From Balanoglossus misakiensis (taxonomy: Eukaryota > Animalia > Hemichordata), in assembly GCA_040954595.2 (NCBI GenBank), contig CM082584.2, positions 7,769,919 to 7,833,918 of the forward strand: a stretch of DNA of 64,000 nt, given 5' to 3'. Shown here in pieces: positions 42,579 through 56,496 of this stretch. The notes beneath the pieces were generated by a model. The model searched no databases, had not been told where the DNA came from, and saw nothing but the letters and a program-made list of their open reading frames with translations. Both the position numbers and the translations under genes were made by a program. The first letter of the stretch is position 1. Every line of letters begins with the position of its first letter.

Positions 42579-44239
42579 TGGATTTGAATAAAAATTTATT
42601 TTTAAGCAGTGAAATATCTACTTTGTGTTTCGAGTGTTCTTTCATGGGCAATAATGTCACTGAATTTGAAGAAGTAGATGATGTTGAGCCAAGATGGAAG
42701 GAGTGTCGGTCTTAGTGAAAGGGACCTGTGTGACCCTGCAGCGCTTAACATCTCTGATTTATGGCCCGTGTACTCTCATTAGTCTGCTCGTTATCAATAT
42801 TCTATATGTGAAATTGTTCTGACCTGGAACTGAATTACACTTCAATTTGGAATCTGATGCTCAATTTCCATGCAAGTGCACAGCAGCCCTAAGCCCAGTT
42901 TTCTTCCACCTTCGTGAATCTGCACGTAGTCACATTTGGCTCTTTCAGTTGTGGTTTCAAGGGCCATTCTGGAAGCCATCGATTAAAAAAAAAACATGCT
43001 GTGAGCGTTTGTGTTAAAATGTTTGTGGAAGAATATTTCAAGATGATTCACCTTCAAATGCAGAACCCACTTCTTGTCACACAACCATTCAAAAATCCAG
43101 CAGACAAAATCGAAAGTTTTAATCTGTACTGTTTTTATTTCTGAAATTTCGCTTCTCATTTTCTCTCTGAAATAAATTAACACATTGTATGGATTCTGAC
43201 AATTGTAAAACTAAGTTCAACCTTGAGAAGAAATGCAACAGTGATAGGTTGCCTTGAAAACTGAGCAGATGTCGCAAAGAAAAATCCCGCGATGACGACC
43301 CTATGGTTGCAAAAAAACTGAAGTTCCCTGTTCAAGGGCAAATCCACGTATAATGCCAGAGGTCACCAGGAGAGGTCAGGGTTTACAGGGATTAAGGTTG
43401 AAGACCAGATTTCAGGTTATGTATTAATTTCTAGGGATGAAACAACATGAAAAAAAAAATGCCCTACAGTCCAATTTAATTTGCCCTTGAACTCAGGTAA
43501 TGCATAATATTCCTGGTGAAAAGTCAAAGCCAATAAACAAGCTGAAATATTTGCATCTGTTTGAAAAATACCCTAAACAACCGAAACGTTTGTTTAAAGT
43601 TTAATATTGTGACCATGATGACAAAAACATCAGGACAGTTTGAAATGTATAATCTAGGATATTGATCTTTGTCTCTTTTTTGTTTTGTTTTTTGTTTTAT
43701 ATTGTTTTGTTTTGGTTTATGTTTCATAACTTTTCACTTACCATTTTTTAGCCTCTTATTGGGGGATTTAACTTAGCACCATCTCACAAATTACCATTCT
43801 CGACAAAACATTAATAAATCTGATATTTTCAAATGTTGTATTTTTCATGTATCAATTACATAGGATCTTTGGTTTATTGAAATCTTATCCACATTTTAAA
43901 GCGCAATTTCTTCACTGATGAACTGACAATAGTGTCTCTGTGAACAAGCCTCTCTCCCCCTACATCAGCATACTCTGGTCCAACTTCCCACCAGCTGTGC
44001 TGGTAATCGGTTTAAACCAAAGAAGCAAGGGGGGTTAAAAGGGTGGACTCGGAGCTTTCAACAGCTTTTCAAGTCGTTTCATGATTGACCCTTTTTGATG
44101 GCATCCACTTCTACGTACACATCCCAGATGTTCTAAGGTCAAAGGTCATTGTGATCTCATTTCACAACAAAGTGAGTGAAGGGGTCACGGTGATCTAATT
44201 TCAAGACAGTCTCTAAGAAAAGCAATCAGAAGCTCTCTT

Positions 44240-44310
44240 AAGTCTAGAATCCAGACTCATGTTTTTTTGCACACAGCAAATAAAACCACATGAGTCTGAT
44301 TTCTAGACTA
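44240..44310. mobile_element. ~70-bp miniature inverted-repeat element
   Basis: agtctagaatccagactcatgt (44241-44262) pairs with acatgagtctgatttctagact (44288-44309): 20/22 complementary, with an AT-rich spacer. Confidence 0.7.
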
Positions 44311-45937
44311 AAGCACTCTAGACACTTGAAAACTACATGTAAACCATTAAAACCATGAGAAATATTTATGCTGATTTTGTCATCTAAATATCTTACCACA
44401 CATCCCAGGTCCTTGACACGATTCTTGCATTGTTTTTTTAAAACACTAAAATTTCAGTAAATATTATCAAAAGCAAAATCGAAAGTACATTAAATGGCAT
44501 ATTTTATATAGACACCTTTCTGTAAAATTGATCTCCCAACATTGAAAGACCAAACCATGGTAAATTTATTGCCATACGGTGTGTATATAGAGAGATCATA
44601 TCTAGAACACTTTTTGACACACATAAAAAAGCCCAAATTAAATATATTATAGACATATACTCACATAAGATTTATTTCTGTTAACTGTGCATGCAAAATC
44701 GACCGCGCGATTAAAGTTTTTGGTTCAAAATTTCCTAGACATCACTTTTCTTGTATCCACTGTAAGATGGTTATGTTGAGAAAAAAATTCTCATCACAAG
44801 TGCCTAGTCTAGGATGCCACAGTGAGAGAGGCAATGTCCCCTCCCTGGATTTTTAAGAGGGGGTTAGTTTACGGATTGACTTTGTTATAAAGAAAAGCGG
44901 TTATGCCACTGTGCTATGAACCCCCTCCCCTCCCCCCTTCAGTGTTTGACTGGGTGGGGGGGGGGGGGGGGAGCTTGCCAGATGATGTGAATCTCACAAT
45001 CCTACTGCCCAGATGATACAAACTAACATTTCACATGCTTGCAAGGTTCAATTTGTTTGTTTGTTTGATTTTTGGCATTATACATGAAGTGACACCAGCA
45101 ATTTTCAGAGTCAAACCTGTTAGTTGATTTTCTTTTTCCTATCTTACCCTGCATTTTGCTAAAATTCCAGTTAAAAAAAAGAACACAAACATCACAACCG
45201 TTCTTTCAATTGAATTCGATCAGAAAAAAAAAGATGAAATTGAAACACATATGGCTATAGACACTATGTACAGTTTGGTTTTCGTATGGTGTTCACAGAA
45301 AACCAAGCTTGGGTTCAACAACTCTCTAAATTACAACCAGAACTTGCTCCCCCCCCCCACCACCCACCCTGACCAAACAATACACACTACAGAGAGTTGC
45401 AAGCAAGTTCTGGAGAAATATATATATATCTACATCTCCTATGGCTAACCTGGTCACCCCCTTTGATTGGCAGAATGTTTCCACCTAGTTGTGTATCAAA
45501 TGACAGGTCTCATCCACCTGGTACGGAAAACGGGGGTGTGCAGGTTGAAATCATGGGGATAGTACTAGCGATAGACACAGTCAACGGACAGCACAGCTTC
45601 CCCCCCCCCCCAGTATCCATGTAAAGCACCTAGGCAACCGTTTCCAGGCAGTTCTTCTTTAAGAATAAAATACTGTACGTGGCAGGCTTCTTCGAATCCA
45701 TGACCAATAACAAAGCCAGATCTACAGTCAGAGGTTTAAAGCAATGCTCCATTGTGCGATGAAATTTTTCAAATTTATATCGCGCATGCGTCAAGCTAGA
45801 TCCAGACAATTCCTCTTCGACCCGGGAGACATTCACATCATATATAATATATAGTTAATTCTTCTTTGCAAGTCTTTAGGGGGGTTCGTTTTTTTTTTTT
45901 TATGATACAATAGTTTGAACAGCAGTCTGGTTGGCAG

Positions 45938-48900
45938 TTATGGCGGCGTCGACAGGTTGCAGTCGTAGGATACGAGTAAGGCTGCATCCACGGGCTCCAT
46001 ACACGATGGACATGTAAATGAACGCATTAACCAGTCGTCAATACAGTCAATGTGGTAAATGTGCATACACGGTAGAATACGTATCGAGTCGCCAAAGACA
46101 AATTCTGACATACAGATTACGCACCTGAAAAAGAGAGAGAAAAACGGTCACACAATTTTATTCAAGTACATTAACTTTACAGATTCACGTTTATGGTGTA
46201 CAAGCCAACCATATTCTCACTGTTCACACCAGATAAAATGAAAGGAGGCCCCCTGGAGACCTATAGACACCTACACTCTCTGTACCAAGCAAACACCGAC
46301 CCAGCAGCAAGTACATTTTAACTCCCATACTTAACACGACCACACACACCCGCGGGAGCATTTTAGTGCGTCTCTCACATGGAACCCCCCCCCCCCCCAC
46401 ATGCAAATTCACAGTCGCCACACAGAAACAACTTACTCTCTGTTTTTCTTGCTACCATCGTACATCCCTGTGGGTAAATGTTGTATAAGTCCTATTCTTT
46501 GTGCGATTCGTACTTGCTCTTCCTCTGTTAGTTGGTTGGCCGGCCTCCTCTGATTGGGACTCGGGTAGTACACTGGCGCCGATTCCTGTCGATAATAAAA
46601 AGAGAACAGACAAAATCTTCAGGGGATTTGTATATTCATTAAAATTTGTCAAGGAAACTGTGCCACCTGTCCACGATGATGTCCTTCATATACTGTACAT
46701 CTGCACACTGTAAAACAGGTTATTTTCACGACAGGAAATTTTCGCGATATCAAATGAGGCAACCGTTACAAGACTGTAATGTTTGGTCAGGTAATGTAAT
46801 TCTGCGATCCCCTCTATATACACTGTAGTGGAATTTGGTGCTTAAAAACGCAAATGTCAAAAACTCACTGTAACAGTGGATATATACAAATAATTGTTTG
46901 CTTTTAGATTTTTTCTATACTCAAGCTCTGTAGCATATCGTGGGATTACCGGTACCATTGATTTTTTCCCCCTGACAGCATTTAATTTGATTTTCAAGAG
47001 TAAAAAGGGTTTCAGTCAATAACTGCTGTCATTAATTCCCCATGTACATTTGTACATGATGTACACAGTTAAGTAGTTGGGAGGGACATCCAGTTCTACA
47101 AATATTGACATCCTATAATATCAGTTTCATATCAGTATTTCTAAGTGTTCAGCACTTCTGCAGAGGAATCAGATGGTTCTCTACTATTAGCGTGTTTTAT
47201 TTTATTTTAGCAACTATAGCAATTGAACACGCAAAGACATGTACTGCCTGCCTGAGTCGGTCTCTGGGCGAAAGAACAAAGAGCCGGAAACAGACGTGCA
47301 CACCACGCTGTTTACGTCTACCAGCTGATCTCCCACACAATGGAGTACCGTAGTTTACGTCATCATGATCACTACAGCTTGTCTATACCAAGAACTTCAT
47401 CACTGCTGCTATGAGCCCACAGACGTCACAATAAACCGTGACAGCCGAAACCAAAAGGGGTTTGAAAAGTGTAAACTGTAATGGATCAACTAGTCAATGA
47501 ATCCAGGTGCGAAAGTGAAACTTGAACTTGCCCAATAAAGGCAGGAGTTCACTGAGCACTACAAATACAAATACAAAGCCCTGCATATGGATTCAACTGG
47601 GCTCATCAGGAAATACTTGTGACTTCCCCAAAACTCACATGGTAGAATGAATCCATCCATGATCAGCATAAAAAAAAACCAGGAAGGTTGCTTCTCCTCT
47701 CATGAAGCCATTACTAAAGAAGACCTCCAGGCTACACCGGATTTGACAAGCCGTCAAATAGCCTGAGATTTATAAGTAGAATATCTATTCTCAGAGGCTA
47801 GCAACAAACTCTTCAAACACGAATTTTCTACCATCAAAATATCACTCAGTGTCACAAATAACTGGTGCTTCATAATCTATAATATTCGGTATGCAGCTGA
47901 CACAGGAATTACTTTTACAACATAACAGCTGTTTGAAGCTGCTGAACCGGTTCATTTGATTTAGTTTTTTTTCATAACAAACACCAACCATTACAATTTA
48001 ACAGTGTGAGATAAAACTAAACTCTGTTTTGAAAAATCATAGACAGCAGAGAGAGAGGGATGTTTGCCAACCCCCAAATAAGGTGATTAATGCTAGTTAT
48101 ATAATATTTCATACTGCAAAGGAGCAAACAACATATTTACTTCAAAAAACAGACTTGGTATCTTAGTAGCCTTAGATTAGACTGTTATGTAGTCAACTGA
48201 CAGACGAGTGTTACATCATAACACTGGATGGCAACAAATATCACGTTTGTTTCATCCAGACAGGTGTATGTTTTTCTCAGGTATAAACACAGTCATGTGA
48301 TAGAGGGACTGTGGTATAATATTTTGTGAAGACCAAACGAAATAAACAACAAGGCCTGCTATGATCCTGCAAGCCCCTCCCCCAAAAAACAAAACAACAC
48401 ACAAACAAAAACAATGTTCAGTGCATAAATTATCAGCTGATTAGCACATTACTGTAACCAGTGTTTGACCCTGAAACCAGAATACCTATGTAGCCTCGAG
48501 GAAAGGTGGCCTTCGTTCTCTTCCGCCGGTACCAGGCCAAAGATTAATATACACCATTCAAGTGTAAACTTTAGAGGTTGACCTAGACCCACAAGGTCGT
48601 GCCGCACTTTGGGTCCTTTGGGTCAATGGCTAGGGACGCCTTTTGTTTTGTTATTTGCGGACAATGACACAGCCAATATTGTTGATATTAAGAGGGTCCT
48701 CTACCATAAAACCTGTTTTGATGAAGTATGGTAGATCAAACATGTCTCTTCTGTGGTGAAAATAATTTACATGTATTATTCAACAGGTAAACAATGGTTT
48801 CCTTTAAATCCAGGATATCCACTGTAAACAAAACCATAAACACAACATTGAGCTAAGCGGCCCATTGTTATGTTAGATTGTTTTGTTTTTCCCAGACAAA

Positions 48901-49174
48901 TTATAAGTAGCGGTTATATGGATTTGTTGATTCTGTAGACAGTCTGTTCTAAAATGGGTTATGTTAAACCCCACACACGAAGAGCAGAAATCACATGAAA
49001 TACGAACAAAGACAAATTCCTTCTGGAAACCCGCAGCAGCCGACTGATTGAAATGAACAATGACGTTACCTGATATGGTGGCGGAGGTCCTCTGCTTTCT
49101 GCTCCAGGTGAGCGATCCCCACCGTTAAGTAGAGATATATCGTCGGTTGTACCACTCCTGAGACAATTCCCCAT
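45938..49174 (-). CDS. RNF11: RING finger protein 11 (RING-H2 E3 ligase), ~146 aa
   Basis: Exons 49174-49070, 46585-46437, 46124-45938. MGNCL acylation motif, PPPPY motif, LTEEEQVRIAQRIGLIQHLP, and RING-H2 CVICMSEF...LPCMHIYHIDCIDDWLMRSFTCPSCMEPVDAALL. Confidence 0.96.
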
Positions 49175-50329
49175 CTTTAGCTGTATGGGAATGGGCTAGT
49201 ATTGGTGTCAGAGAAAGGCATCCAGTTGGAATTTCACAGCCGGTCACGCAGACATACGGAAGCGATATGTACTTGCAATGGCGAACGAATGACGAATGAT
49301 AACACAGACCGCAGTGCACATATAAACATTCAGATTGTTCCGCCGGCGCAACAATTCACGGATGTGCACTGTTAATTTCGATAGGCTTAGACCACAAATT
49401 TGGCATCAGTACAAATTCTAAGTTTTCCCCATATAATACATATTTCACTCGACGTCAAGTCATCGAAATCTTTGTCCATTGTAAGGGAAGAACTACTTTC
49501 AGTGCTGTCGCGGATAGATTTGATAAGGACTGTGGACAAAAGCCAAGGTCTGACGTCATTCGATCACCTGTCCCGTATTTTTGTTTCGACTGCTATATAC
49601 ATAACCCGCATACGTGCATGACGTAGGCAAAAGTTTACCAAGTACTCCGGAAGCACACGAGTCAAACTCGACCAACTTTTGTTTGTCTTAAGAATACATA
49701 TTAACATGATTAACCCTGATATTAACCAGACCCTGGAGGGTCTATAATATAAGAAATACATGTGTATATACTTCTTTACCTAAGACTTAGAGTCATTCTT
49801 TTATTTCATTCTGTTTCACTAACAACATTGTTTCGATTTCCTTCTTTGGATATGTCTGCTTTATGAAAAAGTAAGTAAGTAAAGTATGTAAGTAAGTAAA
49901 GTAAGTTAGTAAATAAAGTAAGTAAGTAAGTAAGTAAGTTAGTTAGTTAGTTAGTTAGTTACAAGTGAGTGAGTAAGTAAAGAAGAAAGAAAGAATAAAC
50001 AAATAAATAATAAAAAACAGATAAACAAATAAATAAAAAAGCCTACAAAGCTTCAAGCCAATTTTACAAAGGCTTCGTTTATCAAAACTACAAGAAATAT
50101 CGATGTGACGTGAAAGAGATCATTTGGTAAAAACGAAAAAGTTGCCATTACACCGATGGTGGCGCTCTTGACCTGAGATGACCCGATGACCTGCTGGGGG
50201 GTCGGCTTGACCTTTCACTGCTTTGGTGTCGTTTTCAGCGCAAAGTGGGTCGCATACGCGTTCCTTGAAAGTCGCCCACATTTTCCTAAAACACATGTAG
50301 ACTAGGTTTGCAACAAGAGAGCCAGCAAC
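49175..50329. promoter_or_regulatory. Head-to-head promoter region of RNF11 and the SLC25 carrier
   Basis: Divergent ATGs about 1.15 kb apart. Full CRE TGACGTCA at 49551-49558, plus GACGTCA (~49451) and TGACGT (~49620, ~50106). Confidence 0.6.
49870..50035. repeat. Compound microsatellite (AGTA)n/(AGTT)n/(AAAT)n
   Basis: Visible runs such as gtaagtaagtaa, gttagttagttag and aataaataaataa. Confidence 0.9.
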
Positions 50330-52958
50330 ATGACGCACAACGAAGACAGGAGTCACTGGTTCAAGGAAGGTGCCATCGGTTTAGGTGGTAAGTACAGACA
50401 CCGGCGCAATGTACATGTAATGTGGCGGCTGAAATGTACATGTACCCTGGCCCTGTACTATTATTGGATCGATTTTAACAGCTGGTAATAGTGCTACAAA
50501 ATTGGATATGATACATTGCAATTATTGCAGCCAGACATACAGATATTCGGCATGTTGTATAATACAGTGCAAACATATATAGTTCCCCAATGTTTACAGA
50601 CGAGGTCATCTTTATTTGTTTACTACTGGCATATATTCTACAAGTGGCGTATATTAGTAATCCAAATCGGAATCAAAGGTCATAGTTGACCAATAAATTT
50701 TACAGTGATATGTCATATCCCATCAGATAACTGGGAACCATAGGCAATCAACCAGCACTGCATCTGATCATCCTTTCATATCAAAATCATTTGTGATGGC
50801 GATGCAACATTGCAGTACTGTCCCAGCAATAACACCTATTCCATTTCTTCTCCTTCTACCCTCCCACAGTTGGCATACTGTATGGCACCACCAATGTGTG
50901 CGTGGGCCACCCGTTTGACACTGTCAAAACCAAGATGCAGGCCCAGGCAGGCTTTGAAGGCAGAGGCATGTTTCGCACGTTCGCAAAAACACTACGCACC
51001 CAGGGCATTATTGGTCTATACAGGTAACCTTGGTAACCTTCCTGTGAAAACCTTCTACATTTGAAACCAAAAAGGGAATAATCGGACTGTCAGTGGAAGA
51101 GAATGCGATTCTGAAATTGAGTCGAATTGTCGCAGAAGTTTCAAAAGAAAATTCCACCGCACTACGATATGTCTCTGTTACTGGCAAAGATTTGATCAGC
51201 CTCTTTTTTTTTCATCTGTCTCATAGAGGCTGCATCCCACCTCTCTGGGGGTCTGGTATATACAGATCAACACAGTTTGCTGTCTTTGAAGCAGGGTGAG
51301 TATAATGGACCTTTTTCATCATAATGACCCCTGAGTGACACTACATTCTGGTATTTTGTTGATATGACACCGTATACACTATAGTCACTCAATCTATTTT
51401 TTTCACTGTTCTTTCGATAGTTACACATTTATGGATACACCATTTGGAAGGATGGAGCTTCCCTTTACAGGAGGTGTGCAAATGTAAGTTTACTTCCAGT
51501 CATCCAATATGCACATGAATCTGCCAATAATGGTCGTTCCTATGTACACATATCACATACAATTTGCATGGAAGTTTAATTTTTGTGAAGGCAGTGTTTA
51601 CTACAACTTTGTTGATAGTTTCATAAAGCCACGTGTAATAATTGTTTGTGTCGGTCTGACATCTAGGAGGGTGGCAATAGCTGGTGGAATAGCTTCAACG
51701 GCAAGAGCGATAATAGAGTGCCCTCTGGAGTTAGCAAAGGTAAGAGGATGTAAGGTCACGGTGGGGTGTTCAATGTAGTATTTTTGTACGTTGAAATTCC
51801 GGAACGGGAGAAAGTGGACATTACTGTTGTGTGGTAACTTGCCAAATGAAATTGTCTTGCATCATGAATGGGTACCACCATGGAAAAATTGTATATGTCA
51901 AAGAGCCTGTCATTTTCATCTGGGACCTGTGAGTCCTGGTTTCGTGCACTTTGAACTCCATGAAAGAAAAGTTTTGGATAACCAGAATCATGTCTGACAC
52001 AATTGTTTCTTTATTTGCAGATTCGTCGGCAAACTGGACAGACGTGGCATTTTAGGGGACTCTACAAGGTAACTAACTTTTTGATGTCATGTTGATCGGT
52101 TTTCGTTCAGGTTGTTGAAAGAAAACTAAAAAATTTCCTTTTTCTTCCCGTTTTTCGTCATCAGGGTTTTGGTGTGACGTGGTGCAGAACCATGGGTCTC
52201 ATGACGACCTATTTTATCCTGATCGATTCTGGCAGACGACACTTCAGCGAACTGTTCCAAAGACCTCTGATCGGCCCATTCATCGCGTCGGGCACAGCTG
52301 CAACATATCCTTTGATGCTGTGTGATCAGTTCATATGTGAAAGAAGGGTTGGGGTGATACACTACTAAGAATATGAATGAAAGTGCATAGTCACATGTAT
52401 TTATATTGCATAAGCCCGCGTATGAATTTCTATGATAATCATTGTATATGAAGAATTCTGCCTGGATAGTCCATTCCTTGACAGTTCAACACTCTAGCCT
52501 GGTGGATAGTTTGGCCGCTGGAATATATGAAATCGCAGGTGCAAGGCAACTATGGCAAGTGAGTGATTTTGTATGCATTTTTGTGTTATTATAGTTGTAG
52601 AACTGGAAGTGTTCAAATCGTCCGAATAATGACCAGAACAATGACCTGTCATGCTGCAAGGGCCAAATCGTTTATCAGCTAAGCAAACAGTGAAATGATT
52701 TATGAGATTCACAAAAATGTTCTACCATCAAAAAGTTTGTTTCACACACCATACATCACCCAATTGTCAAATTCTGCTTTCAGGGAGATGCCCGTCTTAC
52801 AGAGGATGCGTCTCGTGATCAAAGAGCGTGGCGGTTTCTTCGGGTTGTACCGCGGCCTCCTGCCTGGATCGATCCGGAGTTTCCTGGCCAACGGAACCAG
52901 CATGGTGGTCATGGCATGGGCTCAAAAACAGGTCTCCAAGTATGGTCTAAGGGATTGA
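50330..52958 (+). CDS. SLC25 mitochondrial carrier family protein (carnitine/ornithine-carrier-like), ~281 aa
   Basis: Exons 50330-50387, 50870-51023, 51227-51295, 51421-51483, 51667-51739, 52021-52068, 52165-52304, 52493-52558, 52784-52958 (846 nt, in frame). Three P-x-[DE]-x-x-K-x-[KRQ] signatures (HPFDTVKTK, CPLELAKIR, WPLEYMKSQ) and three GLY[RK]G motifs. Confidence 0.92.
52305..52492 (+). other. U12-type (minor spliceosome) AT-AC intron
   Basis: 5' site ATATCCTTT at 52305-52313, branch site TTCCTTGAC at 52474-52482, terminal AC at 52491-52492. The join AC|T CTA GCC TGG restores the frame (AATLAWWIVWPLEY). Confidence 0.93.
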
Positions 52959-55900
52959 ACGAAAGGACCACACAACTAGAGATATAAAACATTCAGCAAT
53001 AATTATTTTTAAGACGATAGATCTGATGGATTTTAGAACAGCATGTAAATATACTGTGTATATATAAAGTGACATGCAGCCATTTTGAAAGTTTTTGACT
53101 TGTATTAACAACAAGGAAACATGGCCAAGGTTACTGTCCTGATGCAGCTGATTCCAAGCATTGTGGGTTAGAGTTCATAAGTTTGGACGTCTATTCTACA
53201 TACAGTGTATTAGAAACATAAAGTTACAGTGAATTATTGACTTGATTGCAAGTCTTCCTGAAATATGTAGAAACTTTGAAAATTGATAAGTGCCTCTGTT
53301 GATTTGAGATGTACTAGCTTTTGAAAGAGTAATATCTGATAATAAATAATGAGAATTTTGCAGTGTGCTGTGGTAGTTTTGCACATCTATTCTCAAAGAC
53401 ATTCAAGAAAAAAAATCCAATGGTTAATTACTACTAGTCTGTGTTAATTCAATAGTGATAGCAATAGAAATACAGAATCTTCAAATTATGGTATAATAAA
53501 TTTTCATTTCATGGTGCTTGTTCAAGAGACGATATGAGCCTTACTTTAGATTTAAATTTTTTTCCAAAGACCTGCCTTACATCCTAGCTCCTAATAACAA
53601 TAAGTTTTCTCCACTTCCAACACTGATTGTTCAACAAAGATTTCAGAATACATCTCCACAAAGAAAAGAATACTGTTGCTGTTGTAACTAAAATGACAAA
53701 GCTAGATGTGAAATGTCTTCTTTATCGTAATGCGTTTGCTGCTGGTACTTTTATTTTTTCAATAAAAAATGGAATGCAAAAGAATTTCGTGTTACTCTGC
53801 TGTTTCATTCTCTTCTCTGAAAACTGTTGACAGTTTCACACTTCTTTGGTGACACATCTCCAACCAAGGGTATACAGACTGCACACGCACTGGTTTCAGT
53901 TTTACAAGGATCAGAGAGATACAAAAAGTAAATGTAAGTGTTTTGGCCCATGAATGCATCTCTTCTGCATATCTCAATGTCAGGCCACCGTTCACACACC
54001 TGGCCAATTGACGACAGGGACTTAGTATGTACATGTATAAATTTCCATTGCAATAGCGCCAGCAGAGGCCATACAAAGTTTTACCTTTGTTTTTCTTTTT
54101 GAAAAGTTTCTCTCTATGAGTATAGAATCACACACAAACCTAATATTTTTTCTTTCTTTATTAAATAATTCATAAAAAAATGTCTGAATTCTGTAAATAT
54201 TGTGTAAAGTTACTTTATACATCAGTGCAGTCGGTTTTCCAAACTTTTATGTACAAGTGCAAAAGCTATAAATATCCACTCTTCAAAATCTGTACTCCAT
54301 TTTTTTTCCATTTTCGGGTTAGTTTTATGTCAAGACTGTATTGTTTTGTTTATGCACAAATCTGAACAAGCTTTATAGGTGTACTTGGACTACTAGAATT
54401 TCTGAATAACACAACTAGAGACTGGACCACAAGGAATAAAGGACGGTAAAAACAAATTCCGTCACTAGCAGGTATGTTAGTCGAGGCAATTTGCACATTT
54501 CAAATCGCCCTACATCTACTCTTTTTGTTAGTCTATTGTATTAAGAATTTATTTATTCATTGTCCTATGTGAGTGAGACACAGCAAGTTTTGACTAAACC
54601 TGAAATTACACACATGATAAACATTACAGCAAGGCATTGCAATCTTTTCGGCTGCAGCGAAAAGATGACAAGCGGCTATTCACCTAGCTCTGTTCATTTA
54701 TCGAAATTACCATATGCATACTATCTAATTACTCCCATGCATTCGATAACATTAATTTGAAAACATGACAGCAGACAACCGTGTTTTCCTCTTTCAAAAT
54801 TGCTCTCGATTTCCAGACTATCAAGCTTTTGATATCAAAAACTTTTTTTCCACTTGCATTTCAGGAGTAAATTTCCAGCATTTTTTCATGCAAGTTCATG
54901 ATGAATGGTTTTGTGTTATTTTTCAGTTGGTGGGTGTTTGACAGGAGGGACTAAAACTACCATCCATACTTGTAATATGCCCACAAATACTCATGCACAA
55001 ACATACACACATGCAAGCAAGCATGAACACATGCGCACATACATGTACATCACTGTTGGCAAATGCACTTCGAAACTTGGGTTTTGCCTGACCAGCACAT
55101 AAGGATGATACACTATCCTAAAATTCTGCTTCCATGATACAATCGTAACAAACTCTGCTCACACCTCAAAGAGATTTAATTACTTGTGGAGAAAATCAGA
55201 CTGTTCACTGTGGTTCAAGTGCACGACAAATGGAAGACAGATTGTTATCAGGTAGGTATTGCTTGACGATACTGTAAGTTATAAACTCTTTGTAGTAGAC
55301 GATTACGATTGAAATATCGTGCAGAATTTCAGAGGACCAAATATCACACAAATTATAGCTATGGAACAGCAAAAATCACACCAGAACGGTTCTGACAAAG
55401 ATCCTGTAAATATTTGATATAAAAAATGTAATGCCTGCTGTTTTCAGAAGAGCAAGTTTTTAAACTGAGGGGAAAGGGGTGATGGACATTTTGCAAATTT
55501 CTGTAAAATCTGCAAATATAGTTTATGAATTTTTAACAAAAGAATTAAACAACATATGATAAATCTGTGTTTTAACACACAAAGCTTAATGTCACACAGC
55601 CGATTGTCATGGTAAAATATTGCCATTGTAACCCGATTGTCATGGCAACTCAATAACACATTTGTCGCTATAAATAACGACACTAAGAATATTTACTTGT
55701 ACACTGTCATAAATATAAATGAAACTTTCAATAAAAGAAAGAAAATGGTGTTTTCACCACAAAATATAAACACTTTTCTTTAAGAAAAATCCTGTTTTAA
55801 TATTTCTCAATGTGTAAACTTTGGTAAAAAAATGGTCTTGCTTGACTTTGGAACTTTTCTAGCGTAGTATATCATGTCATAAAAATTCATATTGACTAAA

Positions 55901-56496
55901 GAAAATGCATTGTTAGGTGTCAGAAACTGAAGAGAATGTTTTTGTGTGAGTAACATTAAATATGATATGCTGATATCAATTTTGAATATATGGCTGTCTA
56001 GATACAGTATGTCGCAGAATATTAGTCACTGGGCACTGCACTCTTGTCGTACAAAAAAATCATGAATTCCATCATAGGAATTTCCAAATATATATCGTTA
56101 GTGGTGTACGTTTACTCAGTCAAACAATTTTTAAAAAGTTGACGCTATTAAGTTGATAAACTATTAAGTGTGTGCAATGATTGCCATAGTCTGTTTCCCC
56201 GCAGAAGACCCAATTCTGTTGGTGACCGCATGGCCAGTACGCAGCCTAACCCTGTCCAAATTTTGGACCAAGATGGCCGCCACATTCATGTTGTTTGGTA
56301 CCATATGAAAGCAATGCAACTTTTTTATATTTCCAATGATCTAGTTTTGTTTTGTTTAACATAACAGCTCTATGTTTCTTCATTATTTTAAATTTTGACT
56401 AATCCTACGCACAATAAACATATATTTACCAAAGTGAATACACAATATTACAGCAAATGATTATCCATGGACAGAACATTGTCCATAGCAGCAAAA

